64,000 nucleotides of DNA from an uncultured Bacilli bacterium (GCA_934096105.1 CAKOLH010000004.1:2494-66493); one strand, 5' to 3'. Positions 20,550 to 29,272 are shown, counted from the stretch's first letter. Program-made: numbers and translations. The notes: a model not told the origin generated them from the letters alone.

Positions 20550-20904
20550 TATAGTTTTAAGAAAATCAGGTGGTTTTTATATATGCTTTGATGATGATGC
20601 TATTGTATTATCATATTTATGTAATTATAAAATAAACAATGGAAAAGTGGGTTTTCCATTAAATACTATTAATAAAGTTATTAATATACTAGAGAATAAT
20701 AGTATTAGTTATATTGTTAAAGAAAATATGGAAGATATAAATAAGAAGATGTATGGCAATAAGAATAAATATAAATGTTATTTGGATAAAGGTAAAAAGA
20801 AAATAGATTTAGATTATAGAATAAATAAAATTATAAATAAAATTAATTGTATGAATGAAGAAGATGTTAATAAACTACTAGATTTAATTGAGGAAAATAT
20901 ATGA
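20542..20904 (+). CDS. MutS N-terminal (domain I)-like small protein, DGR accessory
   Basis: SIVLRKSGGFYICFDDDAIVLSYLCNYKI..GKVGFPLNTINKVINILENNSISYIV parallels the MutS stretch ILLFYRMGDFYELFYDDA...LDI.L....AGIPYHAVENYLAKLV..G..VAI. Confidence 0.6.
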   Translation: MNSIVLRKSGGFYICFDDDAIVLSYLCNYKINNGKVGFPLNTINKVINILENNSISYIVKENMEDINKKMYGNKNKYKCYLDKGKKKIDLDYRINKIINKINCMNEEDVNKLLDLIEENI

Positions 20905-21239
20905 ATGATTTTAAAATAGTAAAAAATATTAAGTTATTTATATATAGTTTAGATAATATAGTTATTAATATTCCAAATAAAGATAAAGTAATAAAAGAAA
21001 GATTATATAATACTAGTTATGATATATTATATTTAGTATATAGATGTAATTATAAAAGTGAAAATAAAAATGAATATTATAAAGATATATTATCTAACAT
21101 TAGCATGTTAGATTTTTATTTAGAAAGATGTCTAAAGAATAAATATATTAATAATAAAGTATGTGAGAAGTTAAGTAATAATTTACTTTCTATTACAAAA
21201 ATGATATATGGTTGGATTAAAAGTGAAAGTAAATGTTAA
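20901..21239 (+). CDS. avd: Avd-like DGR accessory variability determinant (helical bundle)
   Basis: 112 aa, predicted helical, with a basic C-terminal part. It sits immediately upstream of the RT and overlaps it, as in canonical DGRs. Confidence 0.65.
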   Translation: MNDFKIVKNIKLFIYSLDNIVINIPNKDKVIKERLYNTSYDILYLVYRCNYKSENKNEYYKDILSNISMLDFYLERCLKNKYINNKVCEKLSNNLLSITKMIYGWIKSESKC

Positions 21240-22278
21240 TGATATTATAGATATTTATGAAAAAGAAGTAAGTGTTAATACTAAGAATAAAAGTAAAGTA
21301 TATAATTTTGAAAAGAATAAAATAGAAAATATTTATGATATTAAAAATATTATAGAGAGTGATAATTATAAAATAACTAAGTATAATGTATTTACTATTA
21401 ATAACCCTAAATATAGAATAGTTATGAGTTTAAATATGAAAGATAAGATTATTAATCATTATGTAGCAAGATTTATATTATTACCTAAACTAAACAAATA
21501 CTTAGATATAAGAAACTGTGCTACTAGAAAGAATATGGGTTATGATTATGCCATTAAATTACTAAAAAGATATATTGAATGTAATAAAAAATATGGTAAG
21601 TTTTATATACTTAAAATAGATATTAGTAAATATTTTTATAGTATAGACCATAATATATTAAAAGAATTATTAAAAGATAAATTAAATGAAGAAGAATATA
21701 AAATAGTGAGTAGTATAATAGATAGTACTAATGAAAGTTATATTAATAATATTATTATTAATATTAAAAATAATCTATTAATTAAAGATAAAAATAGATG
21801 TAATGAAATAAATAAATTACCATTATATGAATATAATAAAGGATTACCTATAGGTAATATGACTAGTCAGATATTATCTATATTTTATTTATATAAGTTA
21901 GATTATTATATTATAAATAATTTGAAATTAAAATATATGGTAAGATATATGGATGATTATATTATTATATCTAATAATAAAGATAAATTAAAGAAAGCAT
22001 TAAAAGAAATAGAATATATTTTAAATAAAAAATATAAATTAAATATTAATAAAAATAAAACTAATATATATGATAGTTATCATGGTTTTGAATATTTAGG
22101 TTATATGTTTTATATTAGAAATAATAAAACTATTATTAAGATAAAAAGTAGTAATAAAAGAAGAAGAAATAATAATATTAAAAAGATAAATTATTTATAT
22201 AAGAATAATTATATTTCTTATCAAAAATATTTTAATAGTATGAATAATTATAATAATAGTTATAAATATACTAAGTAA
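21208..22278 (+). CDS. DGR-type reverse transcriptase
   Basis: RT motifs FYILKIDISKYFYSIDH, LPIGNMTSQ (the DGR-characteristic I/LGxxxSQ) and RYMDDYIII (YxDD). About 356 aa with no maturase or endonuclease domains. Confidence 0.9.
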   Translation: MVGLKVKVNVNDIIDIYEKEVSVNTKNKSKVYNFEKNKIENIYDIKNIIESDNYKITKYNVFTINNPKYRIVMSLNMKDKIINHYVARFILLPKLNKYLDIRNCATRKNMGYDYAIKLLKRYIECNKKYGKFYILKIDISKYFYSIDHNILKELLKDKLNEEEYKIVSSIIDSTNESYINNIIINIKNNLLIKDKNRCNEINKLPLYEYNKGLPIGNMTSQILSIFYLYKLDYYIINNLKLKYMVRYMDDYIIISNNKDKLKKALKEIEYILNKKYKLNINKNKTNIYDSYHGFEYLGYMFYIRNNKTIIKIKSSNKRRRNNNIKKINYLYKNNYISYQKYFNSMNNYNNSYKYTK

Positions 22279-22286
22279 TATCTAAG

Positions 22287-22396
22287 TATATAGATATGGC
22301 TTATATATAATAGGTATGTAGATACATTATTCTTAGACTAAGAATTAGGCTAAGAATAATACTAATAAGACTTAGAATAAGGCTTATAGTGAATAT
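22287..22396 (+). repeat. Dispersed structured intergenic repeat, copy A
   Basis: TATATAGATATGGCTTATATATAATAGGTATGTAGATAC-ATTATTCTTAG-actaagaattagg-CTAAGAATAAT-ACTAATAAGACTTagaatAAGGCTTATAGTGAATAT. Confidence 0.75.
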
Positions 22397-22485
22397 ATAT
22401 TATAAAGAAACAAACACTTATACAGGTGTTTTTTCTTTACTATTTAAAACTTTTGTGGTAGTATATTAAATACTTGGAGGATTCT

Positions 22486-23268
22486 ATGTACGAAAAACTA
22501 TTAAATATTATTTATACTTATACTTTTAATTATAAATTACCTGATATAGATTTTGTAAATGAAGTAATAAATATTGCTATTGATAATGATGACTTAAGTT
22601 CTTTTGTTAATGGTGTTAGTTATAATTATGAATATACAGCATCATATGGTTTTATTTCAAAAACATTAAGATTTAATATAAATAATATTATTAGGTGTAT
22701 AAAAAATTCATTAAATTTTTATAGTGATGCTTATGATTTAAAAGAAATAAGATTATTTGAAAAATATGTATATGTCTGTTATGAATTTGTTTATACTATT
22801 TTACATGAATTGGAACATATTAAACAAATTAAATTACTAGATACTAGTGAAGAAAATACTTTTGAAACTAATTTAATTCAAAATAATATTGATATGTTAT
22901 CAATTAATCCTGATTTATATAAGAAAGAACATGATTTATTTCCTATAGAAAGAATGGCTATTATAAATAGTAATTCAAAGATAATTGAAATGTTAAAGTT
23001 AGATGCTGATGTATTCTTTATTTTGAATAATATTTATGTTAATAGATATAATTCTTTTGTTACACAGTATTATTCTGATGGTAGATTTCCATTACTTGAA
23101 TATATTAATGCTACTGATTCTAATCTTTATTATGAAGAACTCTTAATTGATAAAAATAATACTAAAAAAATATTAAAAAGAGTTAAAAAAGATATTTCTT
23201 TTGAAGATAGAGTTTTGATGGGATTACCAATTACACAGAAGGAACTTAATGAGATAAAAAACAAATAA
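22486..23268 (+). CDS. HExxH-motif protein (putative zinc metallopeptidase-like), paralog 1
   Basis: The ATG at 22486 (MYEKLLNIIY) matches the paralog N-terminus MYEEILNIIY. Motif ILHELEHIKQ. Shared C-terminus SFEDRVLMGLP. Confidence 0.6.
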   Translation: MYEKLLNIIYTYTFNYKLPDIDFVNEVINIAIDNDDLSSFVNGVSYNYEYTASYGFISKTLRFNINNIIRCIKNSLNFYSDAYDLKEIRLFEKYVYVCYEFVYTILHELEHIKQIKLLDTSEENTFETNLIQNNIDMLSINPDLYKKEHDLFPIERMAIINSNSKIIEMLKLDADVFFILNNIYVNRYNSFVTQYYSDGRFPLLEYINATDSNLYYEELLIDKNNTKKILKRVKKDISFEDRVLMGLPITQKELNEIKNK

Positions 23269-23285
23269 TATTTGGGGGTGATATT

Positions 23286-24065
23286 ATGTATGAAGAGATA
23301 TTAAATATTATTTATAATTATGCTTTTAATTATAAATTGCCTGATGTTAAGTTTATTGATAGTGTTTTAGATATAATAGTGGATAAAGAATTAGGAGAAT
23401 ATATTACAAGAGTTGAACATAATTATCAAAGTTTTGCTTTAGCTTCTTATCTATATGAAAATAAAATATTAAGATTTAATCTTGATATGATTTTAATTCA
23501 GTATTCTAATTTTTATCAAGTACACAAAAGAATGTATGGTATGGATGATTTTAATAAATATTTATATATATGTTTAAGCGTGTTAGAAATTATTTTTCAC
23601 GAACTGGAACATGTTATTCAAAGTAAAAAAACTAATACTTTATTAGTAGATGATTTTGAGAGACAGTTAATTGAAATAAGTACTATTGCAGTAGAAGTAT
23701 ATCCTGATTTATATGATAAACGTCATGATTTGTTTTTTATTGAAAGAGAGGCTAATATCAAAAGCTGCAAAAAAATAAAAGAAGTATTAGCATTATGTGA
23801 ATCATCTTCAAGAGGTATTAAGAATAATTTTAATAAAAGATATAATCAATTAGTAAATAAATATTATTCATATGATAATTATCCATTATTAACGTTTTTA
23901 AATATTACTCATGGTAAACTTTCATATTATGATTTTCCTATTGAAAAATATAATACCGAAAGAATATTAGCTAGTACTAAAGAAAATCTTTCTTTTGAAG
24001 ATAGAGTTTTGATGGGACTACCTTTGGATAAAAAAGAATATCACAGATTAAGAAGATTAAAGTAA
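23286..24065 (+). CDS. HExxH-motif protein, paralog 2
   Basis: Collinear with 22486-23268. Motif IFHELEHVIQ. Confidence 0.6.
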   Translation: MYEEILNIIYNYAFNYKLPDVKFIDSVLDIIVDKELGEYITRVEHNYQSFALASYLYENKILRFNLDMILIQYSNFYQVHKRMYGMDDFNKYLYICLSVLEIIFHELEHVIQSKKTNTLLVDDFERQLIEISTIAVEVYPDLYDKRHDLFFIEREANIKSCKKIKEVLALCESSSRGIKNNFNKRYNQLVNKYYSYDNYPLLTFLNITHGKLSYYDFPIEKYNTERILASTKENLSFEDRVLMGLPLDKKEYHRLRRLK

Positions 24066-24081
24066 ACTATGAGGTAATATT

Positions 24082-24744
24082 ATGAAAAATTTATATGACG
24101 AAAAAATAATGTGGGGGACACATGCTAGTGTTAGAAATATTGATAACAATGTATGTGAAAAAGTATATAATGATTATACTATGACTACAATTAAAGATCA
24201 TATTATAGATGAATGGATTTTTAATACTATAAAAAATTTAGACTTAGAATCTTTTGTTAAACTATATGATTATGTTTTTAATACTAGTAGAAGACAAATA
24301 ATTAGTTATACTATGGAGTATTATGAACCCTACTATGATGATATACTTAATATCGAAACGGAATATATTATAGATAGTTTTATAAAAATATATAATGATA
24401 TTATTATTTTATCAAAAAATAATATTTTGATAGGAGATATGAATTTTAGTAATATAATATTTGGTAAGTATGGTATTAAAGTAATTGATTTTGATAATTA
24501 TAAAAAATGTAATTTTAATACTGAAGAACTAATAGAATTAAATAAAAAAGAGTTATGTAGTTGTTTTAAAGGTGCATATAGAAATGCTTTATATGATATT
24601 TTGGTTATTAGATATATTCCTAATTGTATAGGAAAAATGATGGATTTATTTAATCCAGATATATGTGATTTATCTAATTATGTTACAAAAAAATTAGTAA
24701 AATATCCTAATTTACTTAGTTATTTTGATGATAATAAAGTGTAA
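24082..24744 (+). CDS. Small atypical kinase-fold protein (RIO/Bud32/Kdo-kinase-like)
   Basis: VCEKVY (VAIK-like Lys), MEYYE hinge, ILIGDMNFSNIIF (catalytic D....N) and IKVIDFDN (DFG-like). The assignment rests on motifs only. Confidence 0.45.
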   Translation: MKNLYDEKIMWGTHASVRNIDNNVCEKVYNDYTMTTIKDHIIDEWIFNTIKNLDLESFVKLYDYVFNTSRRQIISYTMEYYEPYYDDILNIETEYIIDSFIKIYNDIIILSKNNILIGDMNFSNIIFGKYGIKVIDFDNYKKCNFNTEELIELNKKELCSCFKGAYRNALYDILVIRYIPNCIGKMMDLFNPDICDLSNYVTKKLVKYPNLLSYFDDNKV

Positions 24745-24771
24745 ACCAGAGATTAATTGTAATTATAAAGG

Positions 24772-24800
24772 TTTACACTTTTTTTATATTCTGATATAAT
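24772..24800 (+). promoter_or_regulatory. Promoter of the glmS leader
   Basis: TTTACA, 17 nt, then the extended -10 TGATATAAT. Confidence 0.6.
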
Positions 24801-24835
24801 GTATTAAAGTTTATGTTATGGAAAGGAGGAGGGCA

Positions 24836-24965
24836 TAAACTTAACGCCAGGCTAGAAATAGTTAACGATGTGTATAGTTTGTCGTTCTTTTGGCGGATAC
24901 TATATTGGGTATATATATACTCATTTATATACTCATTAGATTATTATAAAAAGCAAAATCAAAAT
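24836..24965 (+). ncRNA. glmS ribozyme: glmS ribozyme / GlcN6P riboswitch (3' boundary uncertain)
   Basis: AACGCCAGGCUAGAAAUAGU...ACGAUG...UUGUCGUUCUUUUGGCGGAUAC matches the conserved core A/GCGCC-AG-P1...GACGAGG...UUUUCGGCGGAUGC. It lies directly upstream of glmS and overlaps the spurious ORF 24813-25001. Confidence 0.7.
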
Positions 24966-25006
24966 TGTAACAAGATAATAATTATATATGATAGGAGGTA
25001 AATATT

Positions 25007-26773
25007 ATGTGTGGCATCGTAGGCTATGCAGGAAATAAAAAAGCATTAAATAAAATACTTACTGGTTTAAAATCTTTAGAATATAGAGGATATGATTCAG
25101 CGGGTATTGCATATATTAAGGATGGTAAAATCGAGATAATTAAAAAGGCTGGTCCTATTAAGAATCTTGAAGAATATATAGATTATAATGAGGATATTAA
25201 TATAGGAGTATCACATACAAGATGGGCTACTCATGGAGAAGCTAATGATACAAATGCTCATCCTCATAGACAAGGTAAAATAACATTAGTTCATAATGGT
25301 ATTATTGAAAATTATGATGAATTAAAGAAAGGATTATTAGAAAAGGGTTATACATTTGAAACTGGTACTGATACTGAAGTAGCTACTGCGGTTATAGATG
25401 ATATCTATAATGAAGAAAAAGATATGATTAAAGTACTAAACAAAATTACTTATATTTTTAAAGGTAGTTATGCTTTTAATATTATAAATGATGATTATAA
25501 AGATGTTATCTTTGGTATTAGAAAGGACAGCCCTTTAATTGTTGGTATTGGAGATAATGAAAATATTCTTGCTAGTGATATACCCGCTATTGTACATATA
25601 ACTAATAAGTATGTAGTTCTTGATAATTATGATGTTGTATATTTAACTAAAAATGAAGTTAAATATTATGATAGAGAAGGAAATGAGATAGCAAAAGAAA
25701 TTAAAGTTTTTCCTTTAGAAAAAGAAACAATTAGTAAGAATGGTTATGATCATTTTATGTTAAAAGAAATTAATGAAGAGCCTGAACTTGTAAAGAAATT
25801 ACTTAATTTATATACTGAAAATAACAAAGTAAAAGATATTTTTGATATAAAAAAGTATAAGAGTATTGATATTGTTGCCTGTGGTAGTGCTTCTTTTGCT
25901 GGACAACTTGGTAAATATTATATTGAGAAATTTGCTAATATTAAAGTTAATGTATATTTTGCATCAGAATATAGATATCAAACTAATTTCTTTGATAAAG
26001 ATACTTTAGTTATATTAATTTCACAATCAGGTGAGACTGCTGATACATTAGCATCACTAAAATTAGCTAAAGAAAATAATATTGATACTTTGGCTATAGT
26101 AAATAGGCATGAGTCTTCAATTGCAAGAGAAGCTAAATATGTTATATATACTGAGGCTGGTATTGAAGTAGCAGTAGCTACTACTAAGGCATATTTAGCA
26201 CAAGTATTAATACTATTATTCTTAGCTATTAAAGGTAGTAATATTGAGGAAGAAACTATTAATAGTCTAAAACTACTTCCTAATATATTTACTAAATATA
26301 TTAATGAATATGACTATGAAGAAATATCTAAAATATTAGTTGATAAGACAAATATTTTCTATTTGGGTAGATTAGTTGACTATTATTTAGCTATGGAAGG
26401 TAGTCTTAAATTAAAGGAAATATCTTATATACATAGTGAAGCTTTTCAAGCAGGAGAGCTAAAACATGGTAGTATATCTTTAATAGATAAAGACTTTGGT
26501 GTAATAGCGGTAGTTACTGATAAAGAAATTAGTGAAAAAACTATTAGTAATCTAAAAGAGGTAGAATCACGTGGAGCGAATATTGTTACTATTACTAATA
26601 TTAAAGATGATGATTTTTCTAAATATAAAATATTATTAGATGATTATAATGAGGTTTTGAATCCATTAATGGCAATAATACCTATGCAATTACTTGCCTA
26701 TAATGTTGCTAAATTAAAAGGCTGTGATATTGATAAGCCTAGAAATCTTGCTAAATCTGTAACTGTAGAATAA
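25007..26773 (+). CDS. glmS: Glutamine--fructose-6-phosphate aminotransferase
   Basis: MCGIVGY N-terminal nucleophile, two SIS domains, C-terminal KSVTVE. Confidence 0.97.
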   Translation: MCGIVGYAGNKKALNKILTGLKSLEYRGYDSAGIAYIKDGKIEIIKKAGPIKNLEEYIDYNEDINIGVSHTRWATHGEANDTNAHPHRQGKITLVHNGIIENYDELKKGLLEKGYTFETGTDTEVATAVIDDIYNEEKDMIKVLNKITYIFKGSYAFNIINDDYKDVIFGIRKDSPLIVGIGDNENILASDIPAIVHITNKYVVLDNYDVVYLTKNEVKYYDREGNEIAKEIKVFPLEKETISKNGYDHFMLKEINEEPELVKKLLNLYTENNKVKDIFDIKKYKSIDIVACGSASFAGQLGKYYIEKFANIKVNVYFASEYRYQTNFFDKDTLVILISQSGETADTLASLKLAKENNIDTLAIVNRHESSIAREAKYVIYTEAGIEVAVATTKAYLAQVLILLFLAIKGSNIEEETINSLKLLPNIFTKYINEYDYEEISKILVDKTNIFYLGRLVDYYLAMEGSLKLKEISYIHSEAFQAGELKHGSISLIDKDFGVIAVVTDKEISEKTISNLKEVESRGANIVTITNIKDDDFSKYKILLDDYNEVLNPLMAIIPMQLLAYNVAKLKGCDIDKPRNLAKSVTVE

Positions 26774-26774
26774 T

Positions 26775-26800
26775 AAACAGACTAATTTGGTCTGTTTTTT
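26775..26800 (+). terminator. Intrinsic terminator after glmS
   Basis: AAACAGAC-taatttg-GTCTGTTT followed by a T-run. Confidence 0.85.
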
Positions 26801-26925
26801 CTATGTAAGTATGAGTGATATCTAAAATTATAATTGGCACATTGTAAACTAAAAGTAAACAATATTGATTTATTATTTATAGTATGTTATTATTAATTTA
26901 GTGATAATCAGGAGGGAATAATATT

Positions 26926-28089
26926 ATGACTTATTTTGATGAAGAATACGTTAAACTATTAAAGAGAATATTACATGAGGGGGAAGAAGTAGAAAATAGA
27001 ACTGGTATTAATACTATTAGATTACCAGAACATTATTTTAAGTTTGATTTAAGAGACGAATATCCTATTTTATCTACTAAACAAACATTTTATAAAAATG
27101 CTATATTAGAAATGCTATGGATATGGCAAGCAAGTTCTAACGATGTGGAATGGTTACATGAGAGAAATGTTAAGATATGGGATGAGTGGATGATAGATGA
27201 TGATGGTATATATAGAATATATGAACCAAATACAAAAGATTATAATCCCGATAAAGAGGTAACTGTTATTGATCCACTTAGTGTACCACTTAGTGATCCG
27301 TTTGGTGAATATACTACTTTTGAGCCTAAATATAATAACGAAGGTAAAGCAATGACCGCAAAAAGTAGAATACCTGGTAAAAATATTAAGGCTGCTAAAT
27401 GGTATGGAAAAGAATATGCTGGTACTATAGGTACTGCTTATGGTTATATTACTAAAAGATATGATATGGCAAGGTCTTTAATTAATTCTATTAAAAATTG
27501 TCCTACCGCCAGAAGAAAAGTCTTTAGTTTATGGCAAAATGAATTCTTAAGAACAGCAGTTCTTCCATCTTGCGTTTGGAGTACTGAATGGAATATATAT
27601 AAAGATACATTAAACTTAGAAGTACATCAAAGAAGCTGTGATGTACCATTAGGGCTTCCATTTAATGTAACACAATATGCAACATTATTAAAGATGATTG
27701 CCCAAGTAACAGATTTGGAGCCTGGTTTTGTATCTTATTCTATTAATGAACCACATATTTATGTAAATCAATTAGATGGTATCAAAGAGCAACTAAGAAG
27801 AGCGGAAACTTATGAATATTTAAAAGATAAAAGTGAATTAGAATTGTTATGCGAAGAAAGAGGTAATCTACTTCAAATGAAACATTTAGATAAAGAAAGT
27901 GAAAAGTATAAAGTATTAGATTCAGATAATAAAATAATTGATATGATACTAAATCCTAGTACTCCAGAACTTATTCTTAATAAAGAAGTTACTGATTTCT
28001 TTGATTTTGATAATTCAAAAGAACTAAATGATGTTAAACTAGTTAAATATAAGCATATGGGTAAGATACCAATGCCTATAGCACAATAA
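26926..28089 (+). CDS. thyA: Thymidylate synthase ThyA family, divergent and enlarged (387 aa)
   Basis: LWIWQ...IWDEW, ARRKVFSLWQNE, LPSC (catalytic Cys context), DVPLGLPFNVTQYATL and PHIYVNQ. It has a large internal insert and a roughly 75-aa C-terminal extension. Confidence 0.75.
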   Translation: MTYFDEEYVKLLKRILHEGEEVENRTGINTIRLPEHYFKFDLRDEYPILSTKQTFYKNAILEMLWIWQASSNDVEWLHERNVKIWDEWMIDDDGIYRIYEPNTKDYNPDKEVTVIDPLSVPLSDPFGEYTTFEPKYNNEGKAMTAKSRIPGKNIKAAKWYGKEYAGTIGTAYGYITKRYDMARSLINSIKNCPTARRKVFSLWQNEFLRTAVLPSCVWSTEWNIYKDTLNLEVHQRSCDVPLGLPFNVTQYATLLKMIAQVTDLEPGFVSYSINEPHIYVNQLDGIKEQLRRAETYEYLKDKSELELLCEERGNLLQMKHLDKESEKYKVLDSDNKIIDMILNPSTPELILNKEVTDFFDFDNSKELNDVKLVKYKHMGKIPMPIAQ

Positions 28090-28101
28090 GGGGGAATGTA
28101 T

Positions 28102-28596
28102 ATGAAAAATTTAGCTTTAATTGCTGCGGTTGGTTATAATAATGAGCTAGGACTTGATAATAGATTATTATGGTATATACCTGAAGATTTAGCCTTTTAT
28201 AAAAAGATGACTATGGGTAAAAATATTATTATGGGTAGAAATACTTTTGAAAGTATGCCAGTAAATGCTCTTAAAGGAAGAAATCCAATAGTGTTAAGCA
28301 GCAAAAATATAGATAGATATGCTGATGTTATTTGTTATAATAATGTTGAAGACTTATTAAATATGATAAAAAATAGTTCTGAAGATTTTATGGTAGTTGG
28401 AGGAGCAAAGGTATATGAGGAGTTTTTACCTTATGTAGATGTTATGTATCTAACAGAAATATATGAAAATTTTGTTGCAGATGCTTATTTTCCATATGTC
28501 GACTTTAGAGAGTGGGATAATATTAAATTAGCAACTTATATGGATGAAGTTATTCCTTATGAGAGAAATGTATATATGAGAAAGAAGATGAAATAA
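28102..28596 (+). CDS. folA: Dihydrofolate reductase
   Basis: LIAAVGYNNELG...LLWYIPEDLAFYKKMT...GRNTFES...VVGGAKVY. AAGGGGG RBS 7 nt before 28102. Confidence 0.9.
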   Translation: MKNLALIAAVGYNNELGLDNRLLWYIPEDLAFYKKMTMGKNIIMGRNTFESMPVNALKGRNPIVLSSKNIDRYADVICYNNVEDLLNMIKNSSEDFMVVGGAKVYEEFLPYVDVMYLTEIYENFVADAYFPYVDFREWDNIKLATYMDEVIPYERNVYMRKKMK

Positions 28597-29270
28597 TGGG
28601 TAAATTAATTGTAATTGAAGGTTCTTGTGATGGAGTAGGAAAAAGTACTCAATATAAACTACTTATAGATAGATTGATTAACGAAAAGGAATATGATATT
28701 ACTTCACATCATTTTCCTAGTTATGGAACATATCAGGGTAGACCAGTGGAAGAATATCTTAAAGGTAATTATGGTAATCATTCGGAATTATCACCTTACT
28801 TTGTAAATAGTTTATATGCTCAGGATAGAGCGATTACTTGGATTACAGGATTAAAAAATGAATATGACAAAGGTAATTTAATAATATTGGATAGATATAC
28901 TACTTCTTCTTTAATATATCAATCTTCAAGTATAGAAGATGATAAAGAAAGAGAGAAATTTATAGATTATGTTTATGACTATGAGTATCATAAACTTGGT
29001 ATACCTGAACCAGACTTAGTAATTTTTCTTCATGCTCCATTTGAAATAACTAGAAGTTTAAAAGATAAAAGAAAAGATAATGATGGTATTAAAAATGATA
29101 TTCATGAAAGAGATTTGGAATTTATGAAAAAGGTATCAGATACTTCAATATATATTGCTAAAAAATATAATTGGGATTTTATTGAATGTACTGATGGTAC
29201 TAATATGCGTAGTATTGAGAATATACATAATGATGTATACAGTTTAGTTAAAAGAAAAATAATAAAATAA
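28596..29270 (+). CDS. tmk: Thymidylate (dTMP) kinase family protein
   Basis: IVIEGSCDGVGKST P-loop and DRYTTSSLIYQ motif. Confidence 0.8.
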   Translation: MGKLIVIEGSCDGVGKSTQYKLLIDRLINEKEYDITSHHFPSYGTYQGRPVEEYLKGNYGNHSELSPYFVNSLYAQDRAITWITGLKNEYDKGNLIILDRYTTSSLIYQSSSIEDDKEREKFIDYVYDYEYHKLGIPEPDLVIFLHAPFEITRSLKDKRKDNDGIKNDIHERDLEFMKKVSDTSIYIAKKYNWDFIECTDGTNMRSIENIHNDVYSLVKRKIIK

Positions 29271-29272
29271 TT

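Larger units (their letters stand above)
18081..22278 (+). mobile_element. Diversity-generating retroelement cassette (target/VR - TR - accessory ORFs - RT)
   Basis: All components are co-oriented and contiguous. See the individual features. Confidence 0.88.
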
